A stretch of 16,241 nucleotides of DNA. Origin: a bacterium (GTDB lineage Bacteria; Bacillota; Clostridia; Christensenellales; Aristaeellaceae). The translations under genes and the position numbers were made by a program. The notes under the pieces were generated by a model. The model was given only the letters and a program-made list of their open reading frames with translations. It did not search any database and had not been told where the DNA came from. The DNA lies in contig CAVFPH010000018.1 of the NCBI GenBank assembly GCA_963624325.1, positions 1-16,241 of the forward strand, in the 5' to 3' direction. Below are positions 1 through 9,838 of this stretch, one piece after another. The stretch's first letter is position 1, and each line of letters starts with the position of its first letter.

Positions 1-49
1 CATCTGATCCTGGTCGCATCACGGAAGACTGATATTTACAGAAAGAATT

Positions 50-358
50 TCACAGGCCCTTTGTAGAAGTCACGAACCGCAAAAATCGATGGTTTACTGG
101 AGGTAAATCGAGATTTTTGCAAGAAGTAGATGCGCAAGGTTGGAATCCCGAAGGGGTTTCAAGTATGCCTCGGCAGACTGCCGATGCCTCTATCGTAGAT
201 TGGGGTGAAGCACCGTAAAGGCACATTATCGCGCACTGCCGAATTGTGCGGTGATGCCATAAGTCGATTGGGATGTAGGTGCGCTCTGACATCTTCTGTG
301 CCTCCTCGTCCGGTAGAAATTGAAGTCCGCCTTTCGCATAAGCTTCATTCTTCGGCAT
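50..358 (-). CDS. hypothetical protein (doubtful; possible gene remnant)
   Basis: This is the only ORF >60 aa in 1-616 that is not an alternative or antisense frame of guaB. The ATG is at 356-358, and the only SD-like element (GGAGAG) lies 17 nt upstream. The first ~40 aa look protein-like (MPKNEAYAKGGLQFLPDEEAQKMSERTYIPIDLW). The remainder is Cys/Ser/Thr/Pro-rich and looks non-coding. I recognise no family. Confidence 0.2.
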   Translation of the reverse strand: MPKNEAYAKGGLQFLPDEEAQKMSERTYIPIDLWHHRTIRQCAIMCLYGASPQSTIEASAVCRGILETPSGFQPCASTSCKNLDLPPVNHRFLRFVTSTKGL

Positions 359-503
359 GAGCTCAATTACAGAGGCTCTCCGGCATATTTTCAGCTGTTA
401 ACGGGAAAAATTGATTGCCAATGAGCAGCTTAAACGGCTTGCTGCGGCAAATTCCCATAAGTCCGCCTGATACGGCAGAATTTGGTTACTAAAATACGGG
501 TGT

Positions 504-532
504 ATTATATCATTTCTCTTGTTTGGCGTAAA
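504..532 (-). promoter_or_regulatory. sigma-A/sigma-70-like promoter with extended -10 (orphan; reads toward position 1)
   Basis: The minus strand reads TTTACG (527-532), a 17-nt spacer, then TGaTATAAT (-10 at 504-509, TG at 511-512). It lies 25 nt downstream of the guaB terminator U-tract. Confidence 0.4.
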
Positions 533-556
533 GGCAAAATCCACCTTGCTGCAGTC

Positions 557-586
557 AAAAAAAGACCCGCAGCAAGGTGCTGCAGG
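557..586 (-). terminator. intrinsic terminator of guaB
   Basis: Minus-strand RNA is CCUGCAGCA-CCU-UGCUGCGGG, an 8-9 bp GC-rich stem with one U-G pair. It is followed by UCUUUUUUU (7 U, plus-strand A-run 557-563). The stem starts 30 nt after the guaB stop codon. Confidence 0.7.
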
Positions 587-616
587 CCGTTGCGCTTATA
601 TAGCCGATAAACGATA

Positions 617-2140
<1,524 letters not shown>

Positions 2141-2236
2141 TGCATTTATAAAATTTTGTTTATTTTTTGTTTTTTCTGTCAAATATTTTTCCTGTTCGTA
2201 AAAATAGAAATGAATGACGTTGCGGCGGAATTTCGG

Positions 2237-2265
2237 TTGACATGTTCTGCGTTCGGCGGTATCAT
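2237..2265 (+). promoter_or_regulatory. promoter of the BadF-type ATPase gene (TTGACA-17-TATCAT)
   Basis: TTGACA at 2237-2242, a 17-nt spacer, TATCAT at 2260-2265. The ATG lies 36 nt downstream. Confidence 0.5.
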
Positions 2266-2300
2266 AATATCATTCAAAGAGAAGGCCAAGGTGAATTTGT

Positions 2301-3251
2301 ATGGACTGCATGATTGCTTTTGATGTAGGCGGCACCAAAACGGATGCCGTGCTTTTTGACTGCACGGGAAAGGTACTTCGGCACAGCATTACGCCCGGGG
2401 CCAATCCGCTGGATGTCGGATTTGATGAGGCGTGCAGACGCTATATGCATGCAATCAACTGCCTTCTTGAAGGCTTTGACGATGTGCATCTGATCAGCAT
2501 ATACGGAGCCATTGCCTGCCTGGAGTACTTTGGAAAACGTGTCACCGAGGTGATTTCCTCGCAGGTTAAGGCCGATCACATTCGAACGGAACCAGACGGC
2601 AACTGCCTGATTTCGGCAATGCTTGGCCATACGGACGGTGCATGTCTGATTTGCGGCACAGGATCTTCCCTGTGCTACCGCCGAGGGGAAAGCTATGGGC
2701 ATATCGGCGGCTGGGGCTACCTTGTGGACAGCTGTGCCAGCGGATTTATACTGGGCAAAAAGGCACTTTTGGCTGTTGCCCGCGAGCAGGACGGCCGCGG
2801 AGAAAAAACATTGCTTACCGATCTGATTGCCCGCGAGTGCAAGGAGCCCATGGCAGATCATTTTGAAAAAATCTATGCAGGCGGACGTCCTTACATTGCT
2901 TCCTTTGCACGGTTGGTGTTTGAGGCCAGGCGGGAAGGGGATGCCGTTGCCGCACGTATCTTTGATGACTGTGTAGCGGATTTGACCGAGCTGATCTGGA
3001 CGGCGTTTAGAAAATTTGGCGGCGGATATTCGCTGGTGCTGAACGGCGGCATTTTTCAGCATTTTCCGGAGTACGTGCAGGCAGTAAAGGCACACGCGCC
3101 AATGCAGGTAGAGATGATCGATTCGGATGCACCGCCGGTATATGGCGGGGCTGTTGAGGCAATGTATGATGCCGGGCTGACGGCGGATGATGCCTTTAAG
3201 CAGCGTTTTCTGGAAGGTTACAGGCAAAAAAATTTGAAAATTAAGAGCTAA
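2301..3251 (+). CDS. BadF/BadG/BcrA/BcrD-family ATPase (N-acetylglucosamine/MurNAc kinase-like sugar kinase)
   Basis: ASKHA-fold motifs are present: FDVGGTKTD (phosphate-1), CGTGS, GGWGYL and LNGGIF. AAGGTGA sits 6 nt upstream of ATG 2301. Size is 316 aa. Substrate cannot be assigned from sequence. Confidence 0.85.
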   Translation: MDCMIAFDVGGTKTDAVLFDCTGKVLRHSITPGANPLDVGFDEACRRYMHAINCLLEGFDDVHLISIYGAIACLEYFGKRVTEVISSQVKADHIRTEPDGNCLISAMLGHTDGACLICGTGSSLCYRRGESYGHIGGWGYLVDSCASGFILGKKALLAVAREQDGRGEKTLLTDLIARECKEPMADHFEKIYAGGRPYIASFARLVFEARREGDAVAARIFDDCVADLTELIWTAFRKFGGGYSLVLNGGIFQHFPEYVQAVKAHAPMQVEMIDSDAPPVYGGAVEAMYDAGLTADDAFKQRFLEGYRQKNLKIKS

Positions 3252-3296
3252 AATCAAAACCACCAGCTTAGCCGGTGGTTTTGATTGGTATTTTTT
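3252..3296. terminator. bidirectional intrinsic terminator between convergent genes
   Basis: A perfect 13-bp stem AATCAAAACCACC (3252-3264) / GGTGGTTTTGATT (3274-3286) encloses a 9-nt loop. It is followed by TTTTTT (3291-3296) on the plus strand and a T-rich run on the minus strand. It lies between the stop at 3251 (+) and the stop at 3295-3297 (-). Confidence 0.75.
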
Positions 3297-3957
3297 ACTT
3301 GATGCATTCGCGGAATTTGGCGATTGCCTCTTCCATGGGCATATTCTTGGTAAACACGCTGGAGGAACCGCAGACAAAGATATCTGCGCTTTGCTCGCGC
3401 ATCTTGGGTGCCATTTCAAAGCTGCAGTTGCCGTCTACTTCGATTGGCAGATCAGACAGGCCGTGCTTTGCAAGAAGCTCACGCACTGCCCCAATCTTGG
3501 CGATCGTTTCCGGAACGGCTTTCTGCCCCGCAAAACCGGGGTTGACGGTCATTACCAGTACGCCGTCAATCAAATCGAGCACATCCTCCAAAACAGAAAC
3601 GGGCGTGGGCGGGTTGATTGCCGCCAGCGGCTTTGCGCCGGCATCGCGCACCATTTGCAGTGCCTGCCGCCAATTGGCTGTGCTTTCATAGTGGACGCTT
3701 ACCAGTTCGCCCGGCTGAAAATCAAACCAGACGATTTTCTTTTCGGGTTCGGTGATCATCAGGTGAACATCCAGCGGGATGCTGCTTATTTTGCGCAGCT
3801 GCTTTACATAGTCGGTGCCCAGCATCAGGTTGGGGACAAAGCAGCCGTCCATGACGTCAATGTGCAGATACTCGATGCCCGCTTTTTCAAAAGTACGAAG
3901 CGTATCACCCAGCTTATCGATCTGTGCACACATCATTGAGGGAGCCAACATACTCAT
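3295..3957 (-). CDS. rpe: ribulose-phosphate 3-epimerase family protein (Rpe/AlsE-like)
   Basis: Motifs HIDVMDGCFVPN, DVHLM, VNPGFAGQ, EVDGN and CGSSSVF fit the Rpe TIM-barrel family. The ORF-track start at 3966 is a TTG only 1 nt after GGAGGA. ATG 3955-3957 has GGAGG about 10 nt upstream and is preferred. It may be a paralog (allulose/other ketose-phosphate epimerase) rather than the housekeeping rpe. Confidence 0.88.
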   Translation of the reverse strand: MSMLAPSMMCAQIDKLGDTLRTFEKAGIEYLHIDVMDGCFVPNLMLGTDYVKQLRKISSIPLDVHLMITEPEKKIVWFDFQPGELVSVHYESTANWRQALQMVRDAGAKPLAAINPPTPVSVLEDVLDLIDGVLVMTVNPGFAGQKAVPETIAKIGAVRELLAKHGLSDLPIEVDGNCSFEMAPKMREQSADIFVCGSSSVFTKNMPMEEAIAKFRECIK

Positions 3958-3989
3958 CTGTTGCAATCCTCCGTGAATTTGATTGTTAT

Positions 3990-4673
3990 TTATTGCCGCA
4001 GTTTTTGCAGCGCGGGAAGATCCAAAACCTCCACGCGCTTTCGTCCGATGCTGATGACGCCGTCTGCTTTCAGCTGAGCGCAGACACGGCTGGTTTGAAT
4101 ACGGGAAGCGTTGACAGCCGATGCCAGCGCATTTTGCGTCATGGGAACAACATTCTTTTCCGCACAGGTTTCCGAACCGCTTTCAATGTACAGGCACATG
4201 AAGGTAGCAAGGCGGGTTTGGACATCATCAACACCGTGATCGCCCGTATCTGTGCAGACAAGCCGCAGAACATCACCGGCATATAAAGCAAGATCGGCTG
4301 CGAAAGCCGGGTTCTGCCGGCAAATGCGCTGTAAAAGCTCGGGAGAAAAACGCAGAACGGTGACGGCGGTTAGGGACTCATTGGAAAGAATGGCGGGTTC
4401 CCCGCCGCGCATATTGTCCAGATTCAGAAAAGTATTGGCTTTGTGATACCCCAGCAGACGCAAGGAACCACCCTCATCGCTGATGTAGGTTTTCACAATG
4501 CCCCGCAGCAAAAAGAAGACATGCGCATTGACTTTTCCGCTGCTGCTGAGCACCGAGCCTGCGGGATAATCCAACAGTTCCGCACCCGAGGAAAGCAGCA
4601 TGCCGCGCCACGGCAGAAGGTTGTCCTTTAAAATGAAACTGACGGGAGACCTGCGGTTTTCGCCCATAAGCAT
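3990..4673 (-). CDS. Crp/Fnr-family transcriptional regulator
   Basis: It has an N-terminal cNMP-binding-like beta-roll (HVFFLLRGIVKTYISDEGG) and a C-terminal HTH (VPMTQNALASAVNASRIQTSRVCAQLKADGVI). I re-set the start to ATG 4671-4673 (MLMGENRR) because the track start at 4805 overlaps psuG and includes the predicted promoter. The gene ends 32 nt before the rpe-family start, so the two are probably co-transcribed. Confidence 0.85.
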   Translation of the reverse strand: MLMGENRRSPVSFILKDNLLPWRGMLLSSGAELLDYPAGSVLSSSGKVNAHVFFLLRGIVKTYISDEGGSLRLLGYHKANTFLNLDNMRGGEPAILSNESLTAVTVLRFSPELLQRICRQNPAFAADLALYAGDVLRLVCTDTGDHGVDDVQTRLATFMCLYIESGSETCAEKNVVPMTQNALASAVNASRIQTSRVCAQLKADGVISIGRKRVEVLDLPALQKLRQ

Positions 4674-4686
4674 ATCGACCTTCCAT

Positions 4687-4715
4687 ATTATACCACACGA
4701 TATCGATAACCGCAA
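4687..4715 (-). promoter_or_regulatory. promoter upstream of the Crp/Fnr gene (TTGCGG-17-TGgTATAAT)
   Basis: The minus strand has TTGCGG (4710-4715), a 17-nt spacer and TATAAT (4687-4692) preceded by TG (4694-4695). Only 13 nt separate the -10 box from the ATG. The 8-bp palindromes TATCGATA and CGATATCG lie in the spacer. Confidence 0.5.
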
Positions 4716-4764
4716 GACGAATTTCTGAGTTGCCGGTTGCTTTTCAGCTTTTTTTGAGGGGCAC

Positions 4765-5682
4765 TTAATGCATGGCTGCGGCGATCTGCGCGGCGAGCGC
4801 CACATTATTAAGCACCAGCTTGATATTGCTCTTCAGGCTTTCCCCGCCCGTCAGCTCACATACGCGTGCGAGCAGGAAGGGGGTTGTGGCTTTGCCTTTG
4901 ATGCCTTGTGCTTTTGCTTCGTTCAGAGCCTGATTGATGGCTGCATCGATCTCTGCTTTGGGCATGGCGTATTGATGCGGAATCGGATTGGTAATCAGCA
5001 TGCCGCCCGGATATCCCATGCCGCGCTGAGCGGAGATGGCAGCGGCAATTTCTTCGGGGGAGTCCATGCGGTAATCTACCTTAAAGTCGCTTTCATCGGT
5101 ATAGAATGCGGGCAGGGTCTCCGTGCGGTAGCCCAGCACGGGCACGCCTTTTGTTTCAAGATATTCCAATGTCAGTCCGAGATCCAAAATGCTCTTTGCA
5201 CCGGCGCAAACGACAGCTACGGGCGTGCGCGCAAGCTCCTCCAGATCGGCGGAAATATCCATCGTTACTTCCGCTCCGCGATGCACGCCGCCGACGCCGC
5301 CCGTGGCAAATACGCGGATGCCTGCCATCGCGGCTACGATCATGGTTGCCGCAACGGTGGTTGCTCCGTCTGCGCCGCGCGCGGCCAAAATCGGCAGATC
5401 GCGGCGGCTTGCTTTTACTACCTTCGGTCCGGACTTTGCAAGGTATTCCAGTTCTTCATCCGTCAGTCCGGCACACAGCTTGCCGTGAATGACGGCTACA
5501 GTGGCGGGCTCTACGCCGTATTTGCGCGCTTCTGCCTCACAGAGACGTGCGGTTTCCAAATTCTGCGGATAGGGCATGCCGTGGCTGATGATGGTGCTTT
5601 CCAGCGCGATTACGGGACGGCCTTCATCCAGCGCCTTCTGTACAGCGGGGGAAATTTTCAGATACTTATTCAGATTTTCCAT
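4765..5682 (-). CDS. psuG: pseudouridine-5'-phosphate glycosidase
   Basis: IndA/PsuG family signatures are ALESTIISHGMPYPQN, ATGGVGGVHRG and VVCAGAKSILD. The ORF-track start at 5697 is a TTG. ATG 5680-5682 has GGAGG (5691-5695) 8 nt upstream. Confidence 0.92.
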   Translation of the reverse strand: MENLNKYLKISPAVQKALDEGRPVIALESTIISHGMPYPQNLETARLCEAEARKYGVEPATVAVIHGKLCAGLTDEELEYLAKSGPKVVKASRRDLPILAARGADGATTVAATMIVAAMAGIRVFATGGVGGVHRGAEVTMDISADLEELARTPVAVVCAGAKSILDLGLTLEYLETKGVPVLGYRTETLPAFYTDESDFKVDYRMDSPEEIAAAISAQRGMGYPGGMLITNPIPHQYAMPKAEIDAAINQALNEAKAQGIKGKATTPFLLARVCELTGGESLKSNIKLVLNNVALAAQIAAAMH

Positions 5683-5698
5683 TTCGGTTGCCTCCAAA

Positions 5699-6538
5699 TC
5701 AATCTATATTGAGCAAAAAGCGCTGCGCGCAGCGCATGCCCTCCAGGGCACACTGCGGCGTGCTTTTACCGTCAGCAAAAGCCACGGCGATTCCGGCGCA
5801 CATGGCATCTCCCGCACCGGTTTTCGGTGCATCTGTCAATTGTTCCACGGGAAGAATATCACAGGCAGAAGCATCAGCATACAGCATGCCTTGCGCTCCG
5901 AGAGAAATAAATACCAGCTTTACGCCGCTGTCAAGCAGAGCAGCGGCACAATCCCGCGGATCCTCACGTCCGGTGAGCACGCGTGCTTCGTAGATGTTGG
6001 GCTTAATCGCAGTCAAATAGGGCAGTGCGTCACGCACCCGTTCTGCCTTTGCACAGCTGACGGGATCCAGCAAGGTTGGCACTTTCAGTTCTTTGGCCAA
6101 GAACGCCAGCGTGTCGGACGGCGCATTTGCATCAAGCACGCACAGGTCACAGCTGTTTAGGGCAGAGAGGACGGACTGCGCATACGCACAGTCCAGGTGT
6201 TTGCTAAGCGCCATATCGTTCATAGCCAGCAGCATATCGCCGTCGACATCGTGCATGCACAGGTATATACAGGCATTGCCGGGCAGCGAAAGCGCGTGAT
6301 CCAGCAGGATACCGTGCTTATTGCAGTCTGCCCGCAGAGAAGCGGACAGCGCATCATCCCCGAGAACGGTAAACAGCTCGCACTGCACACCGATCCGGGT
6401 CAGATTGACGGCAATGTTGCGGGCTACCCCGCCGGGCTGCAGCTGAATGCGGCCGATATTGGAATCCCGCAGACGCAGCGGCTGATCCGTGCGCCCGCAG
6501 ATATCCATATTGATTCCGCCGAATACCGCGATTCTCAT
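5699..6538 (-). CDS. psuK: PfkB-family kinase, probable pseudouridine kinase
   Basis: It carries the PfkB motifs GGVARNIA and TGAGDA. It sits immediately upstream of, and is tightly coupled to, psuG. The specific assignment rests on that adjacency, by analogy to the E. coli yeiC-yeiN pair. Confidence 0.8.
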   Translation of the reverse strand: MRIAVFGGINMDICGRTDQPLRLRDSNIGRIQLQPGGVARNIAVNLTRIGVQCELFTVLGDDALSASLRADCNKHGILLDHALSLPGNACIYLCMHDVDGDMLLAMNDMALSKHLDCAYAQSVLSALNSCDLCVLDANAPSDTLAFLAKELKVPTLLDPVSCAKAERVRDALPYLTAIKPNIYEARVLTGREDPRDCAAALLDSGVKLVFISLGAQGMLYADASACDILPVEQLTDAPKTGAGDAMCAGIAVAFADGKSTPQCALEGMRCAQRFLLNID

Positions 6539-6547
6539 TTTACTTTC

Positions 6548-7588
6548 CTACTTTAAAAGGTCGTTGCCAAGAAGCATGCAGTCGCCGAAGCTAAAGAAAC
6601 GGTAGCGCTTTTCAACGGCCTCGGCATAGGCGGACAGCGCGTTTTCGCGCCCCATCAGGGCAGAAACAAGCATCAGCAGGGTGCTTTGCGGCAGATGAAA
6701 ATTTGTAAGCAGCATATCGACCGCTTTGATGGGAACGCCGGGCTTGATAAAGATATCGGTCATACCGCTGCCGGCGTGGATAATGCCTTGCTCATCCGCA
6801 ACGGTTTCGATGGTGCGCATGGAGGTTGTGCCGATGCACAGTAATCTGCCGCCCTTTTCGCGTGCCCGGTTGATACGATCGGCTGCTTCTTGGGATACTT
6901 CATAGTACTCGCTGTGCATTACATGCTGCTCGACATCTTCTTCTTTCACAGGGCGGAAGGTACCAAGCCCGACGTGCAGCAGCACGGGAACAATATCCAC
7001 CCCCATATCCCGCACCTGCTGCAGAAGTTCGGGCGTAAAGTGCAGACCGGCAGTAGGGGCGGCAGCACTGCCGTCCAGACGCGCGTATACCGTCTGATAG
7101 CGTGTCGGGTCTTCCAGCTTTTCATGGATATAGGGAGGAAGCGGCATTTCGCCCAGTTTTTCCAGCAGGTTTTCAAATACGCCCTCGTAGATAAAGCGGA
7201 CAACCCGCCCGCCTGCATCGGTTGTATCGATGATTTCCGCACGCAGTACGCCGTCACCGAACGAAACGGTATCTCCGTGATGCAGACGGCGTCCCGGCTT
7301 TACCAGCGTTTCCCACGTGTTGATATCACGGCGGCGAAGCAGCAGCACCTCAACAGGGACACCCGTGCTTTCCTTGACACCCAGAAGGCGTGCGGGGATG
7401 ACGCGCGTTTCATTGAGCACCATTACATCGCCCGGATGCAAAAATTGCGGCAGATCATGAAAAATATGATCCTCACGCAGATTGTTGTTTCGGTTACATA
7501 CCATCATTCGGCTGGAATCACGCGGCTCAACCGGTGTTTGCGCAATCAGCTCTTCCGGAAGATCATAGTCAAAATCGCTTGTTTTCAT
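6548..7588 (-). CDS. queA: S-adenosylmethionine:tRNA ribosyltransferase-isomerase
   Basis: It has the canonical N-terminus [19 protein letters not shown] plus TAGLHFT and GTTSMRTIE. The start is set to ATG 7586-7588 by N-terminal family conservation, since the track start at 7615 is a TTG with no SD. The SD for 7588 is mediocre (AAGGA 12 nt upstream). Confidence 0.92.
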   Translation of the reverse strand: MKTSDFDYDLPEELIAQTPVEPRDSSRMMVCNRNNNLREDHIFHDLPQFLHPGDVMVLNETRVIPARLLGVKESTGVPVEVLLLRRRDINTWETLVKPGRRLHHGDTVSFGDGVLRAEIIDTTDAGGRVVRFIYEGVFENLLEKLGEMPLPPYIHEKLEDPTRYQTVYARLDGSAAAPTAGLHFTPELLQQVRDMGVDIVPVLLHVGLGTFRPVKEEDVEQHVMHSEYYEVSQEAADRINRAREKGGRLLCIGTTSMRTIETVADEQGIIHAGSGMTDIFIKPGVPIKAVDMLLTNFHLPQSTLLMLVSALMGRENALSAYAEAVEKRYRFFSFGDCMLLGNDLLK

Positions 7589-7632
7589 GCCATCTTCATT
7601 TCCTTTTCGCTTCAATCATGGATTGCTTGCGC

Positions 7633-8685
7633 TTAATCTTCATCCCGCATATCCAGCAGCGAGATCTGATCCGTATTTTCCGCAGATGTCGGCTTGATGC
7701 GCCCGAGATGCTCATAGGCAGCCGGTGTGCATATGCGCCCGCGCGGCGTGCGCTGAATGAAACCAAGCTGGAGGAGATAGGGCTCGTACACGTCTTCGAT
7801 CGTATTGGCATCCTCTCCGGTGGAGGCTGCAAGCGTATCCAGACCAACCGGTCCGCCGGCAAATTTATCAATCATTGTGGAAAGCAGGGTTCTGTCTACC
7901 CGATCCAAGCCGAGCGCATCCACATCCAGCATGTTCAGCCCTTCGCTGGCAATTTCATGGGTGATTTTTCCGTCACCGCGCACCTGAGCATAGTCACGCA
8001 CACGCTTGAGCATACGGTTTGCGATACGCGGTGTCCCGCGGCTGCGGCGGGCAATTTCGAGAAGCCCTTCGGGATCACTTTTTACATTCAGAATCCGTGC
8101 GCTGCGGCTGACAATCTGGCAGAGCTCCTCGGGAGAGTACATTTCAAGGCGGAAAATGATGCCGAAACGATCCCGAAGCGGGGCGGAAAGCTGACCGGCA
8201 CGCGTTGTTGCGCCCACCAGCGTAAATTTGGGCAGAGCAATGCGCATGGAGCGGGCAGTGGGCCCTTTGCCCGTCATCAGGTCGATTTCATAATCCTCCA
8301 TAGCAGAGTAGAGCACTTCCTCTACCGCGTGAGAGAGACGGTGAATTTCATCGATGAACAATACATCCCCGGGTTCCAGCTTGACCAGGATGGAGGCAAG
8401 ATCGCCTGCACGATCAATGGCAGGGCCGGAGGTAATGCGTATGTTCTGCCCCATCTCGGCTGCCACGATCCCTGCAAGGCAGGTTTTTCCGAGCCCCGGA
8501 GGGCCATAGAGCAAAATGTGATCCAGCGAATCATGCCGGCGAAGCGCCGCATTGATATAAATGGAAAGACTGTCCTTTACCTTTTGCTGCCCAAAATATT
8601 CGCGCAGGGAGCGCGGACGCAAGGAGGTTTCCGTTTCCATATCCTCGCTTTGCATTTCGCCTGCAATCAAGCGTTCTTCTTCCAT
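7633..8685 (-). CDS. ruvB: Holliday junction branch migration DNA helicase RuvB
   Basis: Walker A GPPGLGKT, Walker [11 protein letters not shown], sensor [15 protein letters not shown] and the winged-helix C-terminal region are all present. GGGAGG lies just upstream of ATG 8685. Confidence 0.97.
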   Translation of the reverse strand: MEEERLIAGEMQSEDMETETSLRPRSLREYFGQQKVKDSLSIYINAALRRHDSLDHILLYGPPGLGKTCLAGIVAAEMGQNIRITSGPAIDRAGDLASILVKLEPGDVLFIDEIHRLSHAVEEVLYSAMEDYEIDLMTGKGPTARSMRIALPKFTLVGATTRAGQLSAPLRDRFGIIFRLEMYSPEELCQIVSRSARILNVKSDPEGLLEIARRSRGTPRIANRMLKRVRDYAQVRGDGKITHEIASEGLNMLDVDALGLDRVDRTLLSTMIDKFAGGPVGLDTLAASTGEDANTIEDVYEPYLLQLGFIQRTPRGRICTPAAYEHLGRIKPTSAENTDQISLLDMRDED

Positions 8686-8698
8686 ACTGCCTCCCGCC

Positions 8699-9304
8699 TT
8701 ACATCATATTTCGCAAAGCCAGCCGTACCAGCTCATCACTTTTGTCGCTTTTGTCTTTTACGGCACTGAGTGCCTGCATGGCTTCGCCTTGGCTGTAGCC
8801 CAGCGACTGCAGGGCAATCATTGCCTCCGCAATCGGGTCATCACGGCGCTGCGATGCCTGAGCGGTGGCGGCAATGCCGTCGGGCAGAGCGCTGACCTCG
8901 TCATCGGTGATCTTTTCCTTCAGTTCCAGCGCGATGCGCTGAGCGGTTTTCTTTCCGATTCCCGGTGCACGGCACAGCGTGGCGGTATCTCCCATTAAAA
9001 TCGCCAGGGTCAAATCACGCAGCGGCATGCTGCCCAGCATGGCAATAGCCGTACGGGAGCCGATGCCGCTCACGTCGATCAGCCGCAGAAACATATCGCG
9101 CTCCTCACGGGATTCAAATCCAAACAGGTCTATGCCGTCCTGCCGCACGCTCAGATAGGTATATACGCGCATGCTTTCGCCCACGGGAACAGCGTTCTGC
9201 ACCGTGTTCATGCTGCAAATCAGCTGATAGCCGATTCCTCCGGTCTCGATTACCAGCTCGTTGTGCCCTTTGTCGGCTACGATTCCCGAAATGTATGCGT
9301 ACAT
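8699..9304 (-). CDS. ruvA: Holliday junction branch migration complex subunit RuvA
   Basis: N-terminus MYAYISG with an OB fold, two HhH motifs ([20 protein letters not shown]) and C-terminal domain III. The AAGGAG SD overlaps the end of ruvC. Confidence 0.95.
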   Translation of the reverse strand: MYAYISGIVADKGHNELVIETGGIGYQLICSMNTVQNAVPVGESMRVYTYLSVRQDGIDLFGFESREERDMFLRLIDVSGIGSRTAIAMLGSMPLRDLTLAILMGDTATLCRAPGIGKKTAQRIALELKEKITDDEVSALPDGIAATAQASQRRDDPIAEAMIALQSLGYSQGEAMQALSAVKDKSDKSDELVRLALRNMM

Positions 9305-9313
9305 GCTTGCTCC

Positions 9314-9808
9314 TTACTTCATTCGAAACTGCTCGCGCAGCATTCCCGTGTTGGCGTGGGTGATGGCTACTGCGACGGCATCGGCTGCATCGTCCGGCTT
9401 AATGATCCTGTCCTGGTGCAGAATCATCCGAACCATCTCCTGGATCTGATGCTTATCGGCCTTGCCGTATCCGACAATAGCCTGCTTGATCTGCATGGGG
9501 GTATACTCAAACAGCTCTTTGGTATATTCGGCACAGGCGCACACCGTAACCCCGCGTGCAGCCGAAACATTCATGCCGGTTGTGATGTTCTTTGAAAAAA
9601 ACAGCTCCTCAAAGGCAATCTGCTCGGGCTGATAGGCCGCAAGCAGGTCTTTGATATCACGGCGTATCTTTACCAGGCGGTCAGGTGTAATCATGTCCGG
9701 CGGGGTAATGACTGCACCGACGGCGGCAAGGGTGATTTTGCTGCCCTGCACATCAATCACACCGTAACCCAGCGTTGCAAGTCCGGGATCAATTCCCAAA
9801 ATTCGCAT
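9314..9808 (-). CDS. ruvC: crossover junction endodeoxyribonuclease RuvC
   Basis: MRILGIDPG (catalytic Asp), FEELFF (Glu) and the C-terminal PDDAADAVAVAITH acidic pair are present. I re-set the start to ATG 9806-9808, which has AGGAGG 6 nt upstream. The 14-codon track extension covers the predicted promoter. Confidence 0.94.
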   Translation of the reverse strand: MRILGIDPGLATLGYGVIDVQGSKITLAAVGAVITPPDMITPDRLVKIRRDIKDLLAAYQPEQIAFEELFFSKNITTGMNVSAARGVTVCACAEYTKELFEYTPMQIKQAIVGYGKADKHQIQEMVRMILHQDRIIKPDDAADAVAVAITHANTGMLREQFRMK

Positions 9809-9838
9809 TCCATGCCTCCTGACACATGATACATCCTT

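Noticed and set aside
1-66. An open plus-strand frame entering from the left edge and stopping at TAG 64-66 (HLILVASRKTDIYRKNFTGPL*), possibly the 3' end of a gene. Also a GTG-ATG at 17-22 on the minus strand that could start a gene leaving the window.
   Set aside because: Only 21 and 6 codons are visible, too little to support either call. They are recorded only as possibilities for whoever extends the contig.
138-149. GGTTGGAATCCC, which resembles a tRNA T-loop (GGTTCGAATCC).
   Set aside because: The flanking bases do not form a T-stem. No acceptor, D or anticodon arms can be drawn on either strand.
212-319. Fragments reminiscent of the purine riboswitch core: ACCGTAAAG on the plus strand (212-220) and TTTCTACCGG on the minus strand (310-319).
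   Set aside because: The two fragments are on opposite strands. The other conserved junctions (UAUAAU...GGAUAUGG, GACUAUG) are absent, and no three-way junction can be folded.
340-400. GGAGAG/CCUCUG near 378-392 and CCCGAAGGGG at 147-156, which resemble glycine-riboswitch core strings.
   Set aside because: They are on different strands and 200 nt apart. The surrounding conserved helices are missing.
2178-2183. A second TTGACA (minus strand) upstream of the guaB promoter, a possible P2.
   Set aside because: No acceptable -10 hexamer lies 16-18 nt downstream; only ACAAAA or CAAAAT are available. It lies within generic A/T-rich DNA.
2274-3419. A 381-aa minus-strand ORF opposite the BadF-type ATPase gene.
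   Set aside because: It is an in-phase antisense mirror frame (both 0 mod 3). It crosses the bidirectional terminator and overlaps the rpe-family 3' end. No motifs are present.
4768-5712. A 314-aa plus-strand ORF opposite psuG. Other plus-strand ORFs (5106-5492, 5189-5488, 5576-6160, 5688-5993, 6093-6299, 6197-6556) lie opposite psuG and psuK.
   Set aside because: The 314-aa ORF is the in-phase mirror of psuG (both 1 mod 3). The others are short off-frame reads. None has an SD or recognisable motifs.
7534-8769. A 411-aa plus-strand ORF opposite ruvB, and a 248-aa plus-strand ORF at 6890-7636 opposite queA.
   Set aside because: The 411-aa ORF is the in-phase antisense mirror of the strongly supported ruvB, and the 248-aa ORF is an antisense read of the strongly supported queA. 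Their composition is Arg/His/Gln/Cys-rich and they resemble no family.
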